The notes beneath the pieces are model-generated. The model saw nothing but the letters and a program-made list of their open reading frames with translations. It had not been told where the DNA came from and did not search any database. A program made the translations under genes and the position numbers. A stretch of 64,000 nt of DNA from Chrysemys picta bellii (taxonomy: Eukaryota), in NCBI RefSeq assembly GCF_011386835.1, contig NC_088801.1, positions 77,500,001-77,564,000 of the forward strand, written 5' to 3'. The first letter of the stretch is position 1; each line of letters opens with the position of its first letter. Positions 12,825 through 24,474 of the stretch are shown piece by piece.

Positions 12825-13550
12825 GCACGTGCGAAGGTGGCTGTGTGGTGAGGGGAGGCGCCGGCGGGGAGCGTGTGAGGGTGGCTGTGTGGTGAGGGGG
12901 GGCGCCGGTGGGGAGTGTGTGAGGGTGGCTGTGTGGTGGTGGGGGCGCTGGCGAGGCGTGGCGTGTGTGAGGGTGGCTGTGTGGTGAGAGGGGGCGCATG
13001 CGGGGCACGTGCGAGGATGGCTGTGTGGTGAGAGACACCGGCGGGGCGCATGCGAGGGTGGCTGTGTGGTGAGGGAGGGCGCCGGCGGGGCGCATGCGCG
13101 AGGGTGGCTGTGTGGTGGTGGGGGCGCTGGCGAGGCGTGGCGTGTGTGAGGGTGGCTGTGTGGTGGGGGGGCGCGTGCGAGGGTGGCTGTGTGGTGAGGC
13201 AGGGCGCCGGCAGGGCGCGTGCGAGGGTGGCTGTGTGGTGGTGGGGGCACTAGCGAGGCGTGGCGTGTGTGGTGAGAGACACGGGCGGGGCGCGTGCAAG
13301 GGTGGCTGTGTGGTGAGGCGGGGCGCGTGCGAGGGTGGCTGTGTGGTGAGGGGGGCGCCGGCGGGGCGTGTGTGAGGGTGGTTGTGTGGTGAGGGGGGCG
13401 CGTGCAAGGGTGGCTGTGTGGTGAGGCGGGGCGCGTGCGAGGGTGGCTGTGTGGTGAGGGGGGCGCCGGCGGGGCGTGTGTGAGGGTGGTTGTGTGGTGA
13501 GGGGGGCGCGTGCAAGGGTGGCTGTGTGGTGAGGGGGGCTCTGTGGTGAG
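12825..13550 (+). repeat. GC-rich, G-strand-biased minisatellite
   Basis: About 20 variant units built on the core GAGGGTGGCTGTGTGGTG plus a GC-rich spacer (e.g. AGGGGGCGCCGGCGGGGCGCGTGC). Confidence 0.93.
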
Positions 13551-14179
13551 AGTCTTGCTCTGTTTCGCTGAGCCTGCTGCGGTCTCTGCTGGCAGTGGGG
13601 AACGTGAGGGCACGTGCCAAGTCCTGAGCCTCAGAGCCCTCTGTTGTTTGTTCTCACACCGCCGTGTTTCCGTGTCAGGGACCAGACGGGGGGAATGGGC
13701 GGCTCCTCGCCAGCAGGCTCCGAGACTGAGCTGAGGGAGCAGACCAGGGCCTGCCAGAAAGGGGGTCTCCCCTCGAGAGAGCTAGAGTTTGGCAGCTGCT
13801 GCTTCCTCCCTCTCCCCCAGATCATCCAAATATTATGCAGGTTTGAGTCCAGCTGGGAGCTGGAAGTTGACCGACTCGGCAGCAGAGAAAGGGTCGTGCG
13901 CAGGAACCCTGCTGGACGGGCTCAGGGGGGTTCTGAAGGGTCCTCTGACAAGCTGGTAAAGTCCACCTGTGAGAGGCGGGAGTAGCTGCAGTACCCGTCC
14001 TCCCCTTTTGTGTGCGCTCTGGCAGGGCCCTTATAAAACCCAACCACCCAGCGTCCTCATGCAGACGGTCCCTGCGTGCCTCCCGGAGCAGGGGGCTTGG
14101 CTTCGGCATCAAGGTGCGCTCTGGGTCAGCCACAAGTGAGTTGGCTTGAGAGGGGAAGGATAATGCCCTGCGCTACAGG

Positions 14180-14250
14180 ACACAGGGTGACAGTCTCTGG
14201 CAGGACGTCAGGCTAGATACTCATAATGGTCCCTTTGGCTTTAAAACTAG
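14180..14250 (+). mobile_element. CR1 3'-end fragment
   Basis: caggacgtcaggctagatactcataatggtccctttggctttaaaacta resembles a CR1 3' UTR end. Confidence 0.5.
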
Positions 14251-14589
14251 GACTTGCTCATTCTGGGAGAAAGGCAGAAAGAGCCCGGCTAAAACAAAAG
14301 CAACACCCCCACCCAGCTGTGAAGAACTAAGGAAGGGTTCTAGCAGACTGGCTCCACTGAGGGGACAATCTATGCTCCTGCCCACAGGGATGTGGAGGAG
14401 GCGGAGATATAAAGTAAATGTCAGTCACTCAGCATCTCTGGGATGAGTGGTGTTTTGTCTCAGACTGAACTCTTGGAAGACTTGCCCTGATGGAGGAACC
14501 GAGGGGAGTTCACGCTTATCAGCCTGCATTTCTCTCCTGGATTCTATAGTCTACTGCAGGGTGTCTCATGAACCAGGTTACTCTGAGGT

Positions 14590-15140
14590 TTTACGGCTAG
14601 AAGGAACCATTATGATCATATAATCTGCTACTCTGCATAGCAGGGACCATGGTATTTCACAGTCACTCCTGCACTAGTCAGTAATTTGTAGCGGAACTAG
14701 AGCTTATTTTGTAGAAAGGTACCGAGTCTGGCTCCAGTGAGAGAGAATTTGCCGTATCTGGTGGTGGTCTAGTCCACTACTCCGTTCCCTCCCTGTTAAA
14801 AATGTGCACTTTGTCTCCAGTCTGAATGTGTCTAGCGTCTCCTTCCAGCCAAGATCTGTTGTACCTTTGTCTGCTGGGTGAAAGAGCCTGCAGCAGCACT
14901 AGGTGCCTGTGATAGGCACTTGGAGACTGTGACCACATTGGCTCTTACCCTTCGCTCTGAGAAGCTAAACAGACTAAAGAGGTGCCGGCTGACCTTGTTG
15001 GGGTGCTTTTCCAGACTGTGATAAATTCCTCTCGCTCTTTTCTGGCCCCTTTCAACTTTGTCAACGTCCTTTTGAAAGTGTGGACCCCAGAACTGGGCTC
15101 AGGATTTCACCAGGACTGTGTCTCACCAGTACGGTATGGC
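14590..15140 (-). mobile_element. Old CR1 3' portion
   Basis: ctagaaggaaccattatgatcat (antisense 3' end), ccctgttaaaaatgtgcac, ccttccagcc, and gtggaccccagaactgg (antisense of QFW). Confidence 0.7.
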
Positions 15141-15175
15141 CATGCTGGCCTTTCCGGGGGCGGCGGTGAAGGAGT

Positions 15176-16378
15176 TGTGACGGGTTGGATCACAGAAACC
15201 CCCTTGGGACCTGCCACCTGATGTACCAAGACTACCCCTGCTTCTGTTTTCCCTGCCAGCTCAGGACTCCAGCACCCTGTCTTGCTGAGCCAGACACGCC
15301 CGTCTGCTCCAACACAGACCCAGGGTCTGAATTACTTTCCCCAAAGCTTCAGGTTTACCTGAAAGCAGCTAACAGAAGTGTGCTTGTCTATAGCACTCAG
15401 ATGCCCAACTCCCAGTGGGGTCTAAACCCAAATAAATCCGTTTTACCCTGTAGAAAGCTTTTGCAGGGTAAATTCATAAATTGTTCACCCTCTATAACAC
15501 TGATAGAGAGATATGCACAGTTGTTTGCTCCCCCCAGGTATTAATACATATTCTGGGTTAATTAATAAGGAAAAAGTGATTTTATTAAATACAGAAAGCA
15601 GGATTTAAGTGGTTCCAAGTAGTAACAGACAGAACAAAGTAAGTCACCAAACAAAATAAAATAAAATGCGCAAATCTATGTCTAAACAAACTGAATACGG
15701 ATAATCTCACCTTCAGAGATGCTTCGGTAAGCTTTTTCTCAGACTGGACACCTTCCAGGCCTGGGCACAATTCTTTCCCCTGGTACAGCTCTTGTTCCAG
15801 CTCAGGTGGTAGCTAGGGGATTCTTCATGATGGCTCCTCCCGCCCCTTGTTCTCTTCCACCCCTTTATAGATCTTTTGCATAAGGCGGGAACCCTTTGTC
15901 CCTCTGGGTTTCCAACCCCCGCCCCACTGGAAAAGCACCAGGTTAAAGATGGATTCCAGGTCAGGTGACATGATCACATGTCACTGCAAGACTTCATTAC
16001 CCACTTGCCAGCACACACATATACAGGAAGACTAACAGGTAAAACACACCCATCTGCACACAATGGTCCTGGTTAATGGGAGTCATCAAGATTCCAAACC
16101 ACCATTAATGGCCCACACTTTGCATAATTACAATAGGCCCTCAGAGTTATATTTCATATTTCTAGTTTTAGATACAAGAGTGGTACATTTATACAAATAG
16201 GATGAATACACTCAGACTATAAGCTTTGTAATGATACCTTACAAGAGACCTTTTGCATGAAGCATATCCCAGTTACATTATATTCACTTATTATCATATT
16301 TTTATAAAACTATTCCAGTTACATTATTTCACTTCTTGTTCTGTTTTTATAAAACCATATAGACTGCACAACGTCACA
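15176..16378 (-). mobile_element. Solo LTR (about 1.2 kb), family A copy 1
   Basis: TGTGAC...GTCACA termini and a perfect 5-bp TSD GGAGT. On the minus strand a TATAAA-like motif (~15866) lies upstream of AATAAA (~15582). Alignable to 26148-27310. Confidence 0.88.
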
Positions 16379-18179
16379 GGAGTTTCCAGGTGGGTGAGTA
16401 ATGGGCCCCTTCGCCCCAGATCCAGCACACTCCTTCTACCTCACACTGTTCTTGGCCTCACTGTTGCAGCTCTCTGCACCACCGTCGTTTTAGTAAAGCT
16501 ACATGAACTGTGTGGTGCTAACGGAATTGGCCATGTGAAAAGCGGCCAGAATCTGTCCAGTGATCAACCTGCTGATTTTAGAAACAATGAATGTGTGTTG
16601 GCACTAAACAGGCTGGCTGGGGGTTAGGGAAGCCCTGGCATGGGTAGAGGCTAAAAATACGTCCTCACTTCCCCCAATGGTGAAGCAAGTGAGTGGAGAA
16701 GAGGGAAATTAATTTGTGTAAATGTAAAGTGTGGAAGGAAGTCTGTGAGTTTGCCCTTTGCCTCCCCCTGTTCTGCAAAATGTGGTAGGTTGTTGGGTTT
16801 CCTGATGTGCTACAACTCTTAACAGCTGCAGATTGTTGGATTAACTCATGACGTATAGTTGTGCAATAGATAGATTAGTGTGTTGTCCTTCCCCCTTCTG
16901 TTCTGACCTATCTTTTGCAAAGATTTAAAAATCAAGGGCAAGCTCTGACATGTGATTACCTTTTTCATTTTCTTTTGACTGCATGGAGTGTGCTGGTAGC
17001 AGAGAAAACTAACTACGGGGAGATTGAGAATGGACATGTTAAAAGAACGCCAAGGAAATCTGCCAGAAAAATAGGTTTAATCAATGCTTCCAGTAACCTG
17101 GTGGAAAATGTTTCTCGGGTCCTAATTAGCTCTCAAATAAAGGTTCTGAGTAATTACTTCATGCAGCTTTTTAATCAGAGCAACAGGGAGCTCTTAAGAT
17201 CTCTGCTTCTTCTGCCTGTGTTATTTCCATTGATATCTGTGCCCCTTCTCTGTTCCCATGGCGTCAGATGGACAGAATGTGAGTGGGTCTACTGAGCTAC
17301 TGTTTGAACTGGCTTCTTTCAAAACGAGGGTGCAGAAACCGCAGCCCATGAGTAGCACAGCTAGAGAAAGTGCTGCGGTGTTCAGCCTGACTATGGAATA
17401 GCAATACGTGTTTGGAACAAAACTAGACCTGTATCATGGGCTGTAGTCACCTGTATATCCACTGATGAGTAAACCCCATTAGCTCCATGATCCCAATGGC
17501 GTAGCTTGGATGTGGTGGTGAAGGCCCAAGTTTTTAAAATTGACTTCTCATTTTGGGCACTGGAGTTTTTGGGCGAGCAGCATTAAATAGCTAAGGGGTG
17601 ATTCCGGCAGAGCACCTGCCGCTGCCACTGACCCAGCTGGAGTTGTGGTTACGTACCATGCAGTGTCCGGGCAGAGCTGGGAGGAAAATCCCAGTGTCTA
17701 GGCTCCCTGCCTAGCACCGGATTCACTGGCCCCAGCTTTAGTGCAGTTGGCCCTTTGTGTGGTTTCTCAGCAGATGCTTTTGTTGCTTCCCTGATGAAGC
17801 AGCCCATCCCGTGTGACGCTCTTTCAAACCGGCACCTTCGCTGCATGGCTAGGAAGTGTGTGAAAGCGCTGTGGGTGTTTCCAGTCACGGGCACAGACTG
17901 ATCAGATCCTGAATCATTTCAGTGCTGATCAGTAGTGGTGAACGTGACATCTGTGATCAAACTTGTGCAAGTCTCTGGGGCGCCAAGCAGAGAAGAGCTC
18001 TGCTAGAAGAGCTCTCCATATAGATCCAGACAGGAGGAAGGGGAGGGCAAGTAGTCTGGGGAGGGAGAGTTAGGGGAGCCCCTTTCTAGGTAGGTTTCAG
18101 AGGAGCAGCCGTGTTAGTCTGTATCCGCAAAAAGAACAGGAGTACTTGTGGCACCTTAGAGACTAACACATTTATTAGA

Positions 18180-18220
18180 GCATAAGCTTTCGTGGACTAC
18201 AGCCCACTTCTTCGGATGCA
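18180..18220 (-). ncRNA. Minimal type-I hammerhead ribozyme motif in the Penelope pLTR
   Basis: Minus strand reads GCA-U-CCGAAGA-AGUGGGCUGUAGUCCAC-GAA-AGCU-UA/UGC: stem I, core, stem II, GAA, palindromic stem III, UA cleavage site. Confidence 0.7.
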
Positions 18221-18430
18221 TATAGAGTGAAACATATATTGAGGAGATATATATACACACATACAGAGAGCATGAACAGGTGGGAGTTGTCTTACCAACT
18301 CTGAGAGACCAATTAAGTAAGAGAAAAAAACTTTTGAAGTGATAATCAAGCTATCCCAGTACAGACAGTTTGATAAGAAGTGTGAGAATACTTACAAGGG
18401 GAGATAGATTCAATGTTTGTAATGGCTCAG

Positions 18431-18903
18431 TGTCACGGAGTTTTGGGGAACTCAGGGCCCTGCACCCCCGGCTTCCTGCGATTCACCATGACTCTCAGCC
18501 AGCCAGTAAAGCAGAAGGTTTATTTGGATGACAGGAATACAGTCCAAGACAGGTCTTGCAGGCACAGACAACAGGGCCCCCCTCAGTTAGGTCCAGCTTG
18601 GGGTCCCAGGGCATGCCAGCCCACCCCCCTTGGGGGGTCAGAGCCATCTCTGCCTCCCAGCCATCTCTCCAGCCTCCTTCCAGCCTGCTTCCAGCACTCT
18701 GCCTTCAGCGACCCCTCCCACAGCCTTTGTTCAGTTTCCCGGGCCCCGGAGTCATCTGACCTCCAACCCCCTCCTGGGTTCTCATGTTACAAGCTCAGGT
18801 ATGTTCCCTTGGGCCGGCTCCCATCCCCCGATGCAGACCATCCTAGTCACACTCCCCTGTCAGCATTCACACACCCCAGCAAGAACAGTCCCAGTTCGTC
18901 ACA
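18431..18903 (-). mobile_element. Solo LTR (473 bp) inserted in the Penelope element
   Basis: TGTCAC...GTCACA termini and 5-bp TSD CTCAG on both sides. Removing it restores aatggctcagccattcccagtc. Minus-strand AATAAA at ~18518. Confidence 0.9.
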
Positions 18904-19421
18904 CTCAGCCATTCCCAGTCCTTATTCAATCCTAAATTGATTGTGTCTAGTTTGCATATCAATTCCAGCTCAGCAGTCTCTCGTTGGAGTCTGTTTTTGA
19001 AGTTTTTCTGTTGTAATATAGCCACCCGCAGGTCTGTCATTGAATGACCAGACAGGTTAAAGTGTTCTCCCACTGGTTTTTGAGTATTATGATTCCTGAT
19101 GTCAGATTTGTGTCCATTAATTCTTTTGCGTAGAGACTGTCCAGTTTGGCCAATGTACATGGCAGAGGGGCATTGCTGGCACATGATGGCATATATCACA
19201 TTGGTAGATGTGCAGGTGAACGAGCCCCCAATGGTCTGGCTGATGTGATTAGGTCCTATGATGATGTCACTTGAATAGATATGTGGACAGAGTTGGCATC
19301 GGGCTTTGTTACAAGGATAGGTTCCTGGGTCAGTGTTTTTGTTCAGTGATGTGTGGTTGCTGGTGAGTATTTGCTTTAAGTTGGGCGGTTGTCTGTAAGC
19401 AAGGATAGGTCTGTCTCCCAA
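18904..19421 (-). CDS. GIY-YIG endonuclease domain of the Penelope-like element (open frame; natural C-terminus displaced by an LTR insertion)
   Basis: Open frame 18867-19421 with the PLE Cys motif (CNKARCQLC) and GIY-YIG motif. The last residues VTNWDCSCWGV are read from the LTR. Confidence 0.8.
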
Positions 19422-19762
19422 GATCTGTGAGAGTGAGGGATCATCTTTCAGGATAGGTTGTAGATCTTTGATGTGCTGGAGAGGTTTTAGTTGGGGGCTG
19501 AAGGTGACAGCTAGTGGTGTTCTGTTATTTTCTTTGTTGGGCCTGGCTTGTAGGAGGTGACTTCTGGGTACTCATCTGGCTCTGTCAATCTGTTTTTTCA
19601 CTTCAGCAGGTGGGTATTGTAGTTTTAAGAATGCTTGATAGAGATCTTGTAGGTGCTTGTCTCTGTCTGAGGGATTGGAGCAAATGCGGTTGTATCTTAG
19701 AGCTTGTTCATGCTCTCTGTATGTGTGTGTATATATCTCCTCAATATATGTTCCATTCTATA

Positions 19763-19803
19763 TGCACCCGAAGAAGTGGGCTGTAGCACACGAAAGCTTA
19801 TGC
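19763..19803 (+). ncRNA. Second hammerhead motif, in the inverted pLTR segment
   Basis: GCACCCGAAGAAGTGGGCTGTAGCACACGAAAGCTTATGC has the same layout, with a mismatch in stem II. Confidence 0.6.
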
Positions 19804-19857
19804 TCTAATAAATGTGTTAGTCTCTAAGGTGCCACAAGTACTCCTGTTCCTTTCTAG

Positions 19858-19954
19858 GTAGGTTTCAGAGTAGCAGCCGTGTTAGTCTGTATCCACAAAA
19901 AGAACAGGAGTCCTTGTGGCACCTTAGAGACAAATTTATTTGAGCATAAGCTTT
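19858..19954 (-). mobile_element. Short Penelope pLTR 3'-end copy
   Basis: gtaggtttcagagtagcagccgtgttagtctgtatcc...gagcataagcttt aligns to 18090-18190. Confidence 0.85.
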
Positions 19955-20519
19955 AGATACTTTCTAGATACTTTCTGTGGCACTGACCATGTTGATGGTC
20001 AATGCTGCCCAGCCGCCCTAGAAGCTTCTCCAAATGCAGCGGTGGCACGTGCTGTGAACTGCCTTCCCTCCCCTCTCAGTGTTCACCAACTTCCCCCAGC
20101 GCAACGTTTTCATTCACTGGAATTCTGTATACTCCCACCCCTTCATTTCCCCACCACATGGGAGCCGATAAGCAGCTCCGATTAGGAGACACAACTCCAA
20201 AAAAACCCCACCCCAAACTCCTATGCAGCTGCTGGTGGTTCTTGAAAATGCTGCTCTCTGGGTGTTTTACTGTGGATTGGACAAAGACCCCACCCTACTA
20301 TAGCACTGATTTACTTATCCCAAGATCCAGGGCAAGCGAAGCTGATATGGCAAGTTATATGCCAAACGCTGTCCATTATGTTAGCAATGAGGTTCTGCAG
20401 CGTTGCTCCGATTGTGATAAGTGACATGTCCTACTGGAGCCTGCGGCTAAACTCAGAGTTGGAGGCTGATGGCTAAAAGGACTTTGACAAGTGTCTATAG
20501 TAACGGACCCAGGCTTCTT

Positions 20520-21182
20520 CGGGACCCTTTAGATACCCTTGCAGCAGTGGTCAAACAAGGCAACAGAATGTGAAGAGCCATTAGGAAAAGGACAGACAAT
20601 AAGACAGAACCTATCCTAATGTCGCTGTATAAATCCATGGTATGCCCACGCCTTGAATACTGCATGCAATTCTGGTCACTCCATCTCTAAATATAAATAA
20701 ATATATTAGAATGGGAAAAGGCACAGTGAAGAGCAACAAAAATGATTAGGGGTATGGAACAAATTAATGAGGAGAGATTAATAAGACTGGGACTTTTCAT
20801 CTTGGAAAAGAGATGGCTAAGGGGGGGATACGATAGAGGTCTATAAAATCATGACTGGTGTGGAGAAAGTAAATAAGGAAATGTTATTTACTCCTCCTCA
20901 TAACACAAGAACCCAATGAAACTAATAGGCAGCAGGTTTAAAACAAAAGGAAGTATTTCTTCACACAACGTATAATCAAACTGTGGAACTCTTTGCCAGA
21001 GTATGTTGTCAAGGCCAGGACTATCTCAGGGTTCAAAAAAGAATTAGATAAGTTCATGGCGACTAGGTCGCTCAATGACAGATAGAGCGCTCAATGGCTA
21101 TTAGCCAGGATGGACAGGGATGCCGTCCCATGCTCTGGGCTAGATGGACCATTGGTCTGACCCAATATGGCCATTCTTATGT
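20520..21182 (+). mobile_element. CR1 (different subfamily), 3' portion
   Basis: ctgtataaatccatggtatgcccacgccttgaatactgcatgcaattctgg (LYKSMVCPRLEYCMQFW), gaggagagattaataagactgg, and a 3' end gctagatggaccattggtctgacccaatatggccattcttatg. Confidence 0.88.
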
Positions 21183-21399
21183 CTCTCTCCATTGTCTGCA
21201 GAGTCCTCTTAAATGCCTGAAAATAAGAAACCTTTCTGCCAGTTTTGACAATCTGTTTTTCAGCCATTGATGCCTTTTCTCCTGCATTTTTTTCAATTCC
21301 CCCCTCTCCCCCCATTTATACACTAGCATCACCAAAGATGGCAGTAAAATGCAGGTAATGCTGTTTTGTCAGCTACAGCAGTTGGGCAAGGAAGCCTAA

Positions 21400-21685
21400 G
21401 GGCAGGTCTACACTAACCCCCCAATTCGAACTAAGGTACGCAACTTCAGCTACGTGAATAATGTAGCTGAAGTTCGAAGTACCTTAGTTCGAACTTACCG
21501 CGGTCCAGACGCGGCAGGCAGGCTCCCCCGTCGACTTCGCGGTACTCCTCTCGCCGAGCTGGAGTACCGCAGTCGACGGCGAGCACTTCCGGGTTCAACT
21601 TATCTCGTCCAGACAAGAGGCGATAAGTCGAACCCAGAAGTTTGATTTGCTTGCCACCGAACTACTGGGTAGTGTAGACCTACCC
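21400..21685. mobile_element. PIF/Harbinger MITE
   Basis: TIRs GGGCAGGTCTACACTA / TAGTGTAGACCTACCC and TAA TSD on both sides. CpG-rich with an internal palindrome. Confidence 0.9.
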
Positions 21686-22273
21686 TAAGAGCACAAAACA
21701 CTTCTTTTCTATGGCACAGATGTAAATGCTGCCACTTCATTTTAAAACTTCTGGTCTGCAGTATGCTAGATCTCAAAGAAACAAATGGATGTTTAGGTTA
21801 GGAGTGCTACTGTAGCCCCTTAAACCAGGGGCTTGTCTGCACAAACATTTTGTTCACGGTAAGCTGGGGTGTAAAGCTCCCCATGCAAGCCTGCTGCGCA
21901 CTAACGTCACTCACTGCATTTTGGTCTACTCCTGGTTCAACGCGGGAGCCGGTCGGAGTGTGCTAAGGAACTGCTGGTGTGCATCAGCAGGGTCCACAAG
22001 GCAGGCGCATGCAGGGGAGAGTTCCATGAACTAAATGGTCGCTCAGCCAAGCCCTAATTGCACATTGGGCCGAGCCTAGTCACATGGGGCCAAATAGGAG
22101 CTTGTCCAGCGGTTGCAGCGGGACTGGGGTTTGACCCGTTTTCCCTTTCATCTAATGACAATATGATTGGAGTGAACGTACGTCGCGTACAGTGCTAGGA
22201 AGTCTGCCCAGAGGATCGAATGCCAGGAACCAAACTCAGCAGAGCATATCCTGACTCCTCCCGCAGCCTGCTT

Positions 22274-22309
22274 CCCCCCCCCCCCCCCCACCCCCCCCCC
22301 CCCCCCCCC
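22274..22309 (+). repeat. Poly-C tract
   Basis: About 35-nt C homopolymer with one A interruption. Confidence 0.9.
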
Positions 22310-23879
22310 GCAGTGAGAATTGCACTGGGTTCTGAGCACTGCAGAGAGAGGAGTGTGATAGCTGGGCTAACACACGAGCTGTTAGTTAAGTCTAGGGAGG
22401 AGATGCAGCCGTTCCAGGTTTCTCCTTCCAAGACGGACTGTGCAGATTTCGTCTGCAAGGTGAGCGCTGCGGCCAAGAGTGGGAGCATGGGCCCAGCACT
22501 GTTCAGGCACAGAAAATCTGGGTTTTCAAACGGAAGGCAGTGGAATTATTGATGCTTGGCTGTGTGAGGAAATAGTATCCCAGAGCCCCGGGCTGACCCG
22601 CCACTCGGAAACAACTGTTTGTCTGAAGGTCAAGTGGTAAGTGGATACAAAGGTCAACCAAGTAGGGCTGAAATCAATTGGATTAATTACCATAGACGGA
22701 ACAGTCTCCCTCATTAATTATTCACACTCCCGTGGGGAGAGCCACAAGAAACGGGGCGTGCTCCGACTTCCCTCGCCGGAGGCGCCAGCCCCGGGACTGA
22801 GTTGGAACACATGTTCTGTGAAGGATTGAACTCTAACTCTGCCTCTCTTCCCAGCAAATGGACTCATTCTGCTAAGTAATTTCTGCTGGTGGCCTTCCTG
22901 GCACCTGGCTCTATTGACGGCCCTCGTGTTTGACAAAGAGCAGCTTGTGTTCCGTCGTTCTGCTGGGATGGGAACGTTCGGGGTTTGGCTTGTTCGCAGG
23001 AAAGGATGTCAGCTGAGAAGAGCTGGGAGTTGGGTAGGAAGGAGCCCCTCACCCTAGGGTAGGAGCAGGCACGCTCCCTGGTTTTCTCCAGATGGCCGAG
23101 TGGGAGACCAAAGGGGGGCCAGGCTGAGGGCTTTGTAGCCGCACAAAGACCTGTGCAATAGATGCGATTCAGTTAAGTGTTACATGACTGGGGTTCAAAG
23201 CAGCAATATTAAAATAATACTAGCCTGCTTAATCTCTCTAAAAAGCTCGTTTTTGGGGCGGGGAAAGCCCAGCGCAACACTACACATTAGGATAAATATG
23301 TTCTGGACACACAACTCTCACCGGATCCCTTGCGCTAACTATTTTTGCTTGCTCGTGTAACTTGCATCTTTGGTTTCTTTGTAAAAATTCTGTGGAGCAC
23401 CTCTGTGATTAGCAGTACTCTGCCACTCTTGTGCGGCTATGGATCACCTGGGCTTTTTATTTCTCTGTCACCATGTTGCTTTTGTGTGCTACAGTAACGG
23501 CTCAATGCGCACCTGAGACGTGACTGCAAAGGGACTGGTGCCCAGAGGGTTCTTCTGAAGGCAGGGGGTGCAGCTGTTCTTGCAGAACCTTTGTTGATTG
23601 TGGTGTTGTCTGGGAAGGGAAGAGCCCAGCGTGACTTTCAGATCCCAGGTGGGATGCGTTGGACTGGCCGCCGTAAAAAGATGTTTCCTTTGTAACCTGG
23701 GCATGATGGAGCCACTGGGATCCAGTCGACTCCAAGTCCATATCAGGCATGCCCGGTTTACAAGTAAAGGATGCCTGTTTCGCACACGCGGCCAGGGCTT
23801 GGTGAGCCAGGCTGGGCTCTGCTCTCCCGTGTGTCTCTGCTCTCAGTAAAGCTGTCACTGTGACGCCCCTGCAGCCCCA

Positions 23880-23982
23880 GCCCTCCCACCAACATAGCAC
23901 TTACCCTGGCGTAATTGATGTCTCTCGGGGGGTGGATTATTCACACTTATGCCGACATAAGCCGTAGTGTAGACGTGGCCTT
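23880..23982. mobile_element. Harbinger-type MITE remnant
   Basis: Ends gccgacataagccgtagtgtagacgtggcctta, i.e. a TAGTGTAGAC TIR followed by TTA. The left end is unclear. Confidence 0.45.
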
Positions 23983-24474
23983 AGTCTGGTCACAAAAGCT
24001 GGAGCCTGAGTAGGCTGGGTGCCTCATCCTCCTGCCTGTCTGGTTTGTCAGGCAAAGGGGAAACTTGACTGGTACATTCTTAGATTCAATTGGAAAAAAG
24101 GTTCATTCCTCTGCTCCATGAGCTGGTGTTAGAGCAGCCCAGAACGGTAAATCTGATGTTGGGACCGTGGGCTGCAGCTAACTGCAGTTCCTGTGCCTTT
24201 CCCATCTGGCTGCCCTTCGTACTTTATTTCCTAGCCCTCTCAGCGGTGAGTAGCCTTTGGGGGGAGAGCTGGGCCATGCTTGCGGACAGGGCTGCTCTGG
24301 TGCGTTGAAGCCGCAAAGAGCTCGCTTTGACACCACGGCTGGCTGGCTGGCTGTCAGCGCTGGCGCAGAGTACCTGGTCCTTGGAAACATTTTGGCGACG
24401 TGATTAAAAAACAAATGTGTGGAAAGCATCCGGGCAAGAGGCTACATTTCAGGGTCTTGCGTTGCTTCCCTGTG

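Larger units (their letters stand above)
18090..19849 (-). mobile_element. Penelope-like retroelement, 5'-truncated, with inverted pLTR segment
   Basis: GIY-YIG ORF (VIYAIMC..C...YIGQTGQSLRKRINGHKSDIRN..KPVGEHFN) and RT thumb (LRYNRICSNPSDRDKHLQDLY). 19705-19849 is the reverse complement of about 18135-18280, the typical PLE inverted 5' structure. Confidence 0.93.

Noticed and set aside
12825-13550. CRISPR-like array
   Set aside because: Eukaryotic context, spacers are variants of one another rather than unique, and there are no cas genes.
12480-13620. Long Pro/His/Thr-rich ORFs (377 aa, 270 aa)
   Set aside because: They are translations of the minisatellite, open in several frames on both strands, with no domain content.
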